A program made the translations under genes and the position numbers. This document shows positions 63,903 through 64,000 of a DNA stretch of 64,000 nt, in pieces. Source of the stretch: Octopus sinensis (lineage: Eukaryota); assembly GCF_006345805.1 (NCBI RefSeq), contig NC_043005.1:86924001-86988000 (forward strand). The letters run 5' to 3'. How positions within the stretch are numbered: position 1 is the first letter of the stretch; each line of letters opens with the position of its first letter. The notes below the pieces were generated by a model that saw only the letters and a list, made by a program, of their open reading frames with translations, did not search any database and was not told the DNA's origin.

Positions 63903-64000
63903 GTGAGTATAGAGGAAAGTTCTAGACAGAGATTTCACGGTGTATAAAAGAATAAACTAGAAGATAGAAGAATAAAGAGAAATACAGTAGATAGAAGAAT

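Overview
AT-rich, microsatellite-saturated eukaryotic DNA. It is most likely octopus, which I infer from the SINE/LINE repertoire and the density of (TA)n/(GATA)n tracts; this is not verified. No host gene can be named. A few short + strand exon candidates with consensus splice sites suggest most of the window may be intronic. Most supportable features are transposons: a near full-length CR1-type LINE (16182-20190, -), a complete IR/DR Tc1 (21654-23265), a decayed Penelope-like element (39925-41382), fragments of R4/Dong, RTE, Tx1/L1-like, mariner and Helitron elements, and about 30 copies of four tRNA-headed SINE types (my labels A-D). The main unexplained signal is a set of hammerhead-ribozyme (HHR) motifs from four families that are unrelated in sequence. 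(1) A ~487-bp unit in a tandem-plus-inverted array with four HHR motifs (2274-4022), resembling a retrozyme or Penelope pLTR array. (2) A 190-bp palindrome made of two back-to-back minimal HHRs (21441-21630). (3) A canonical-core GUC HHR (62653-62751) with two decayed relatives. (4) A two-copy ~180-bp element with a variant CUGUAGAA core. Two SINE-LINE 3'-tail partnerships are also directly visible: SINE-A with the CR1, and SINE-D with the Tx1-like LINE. Alignments and folds were done by eye, and repeat boundaries are approximate.
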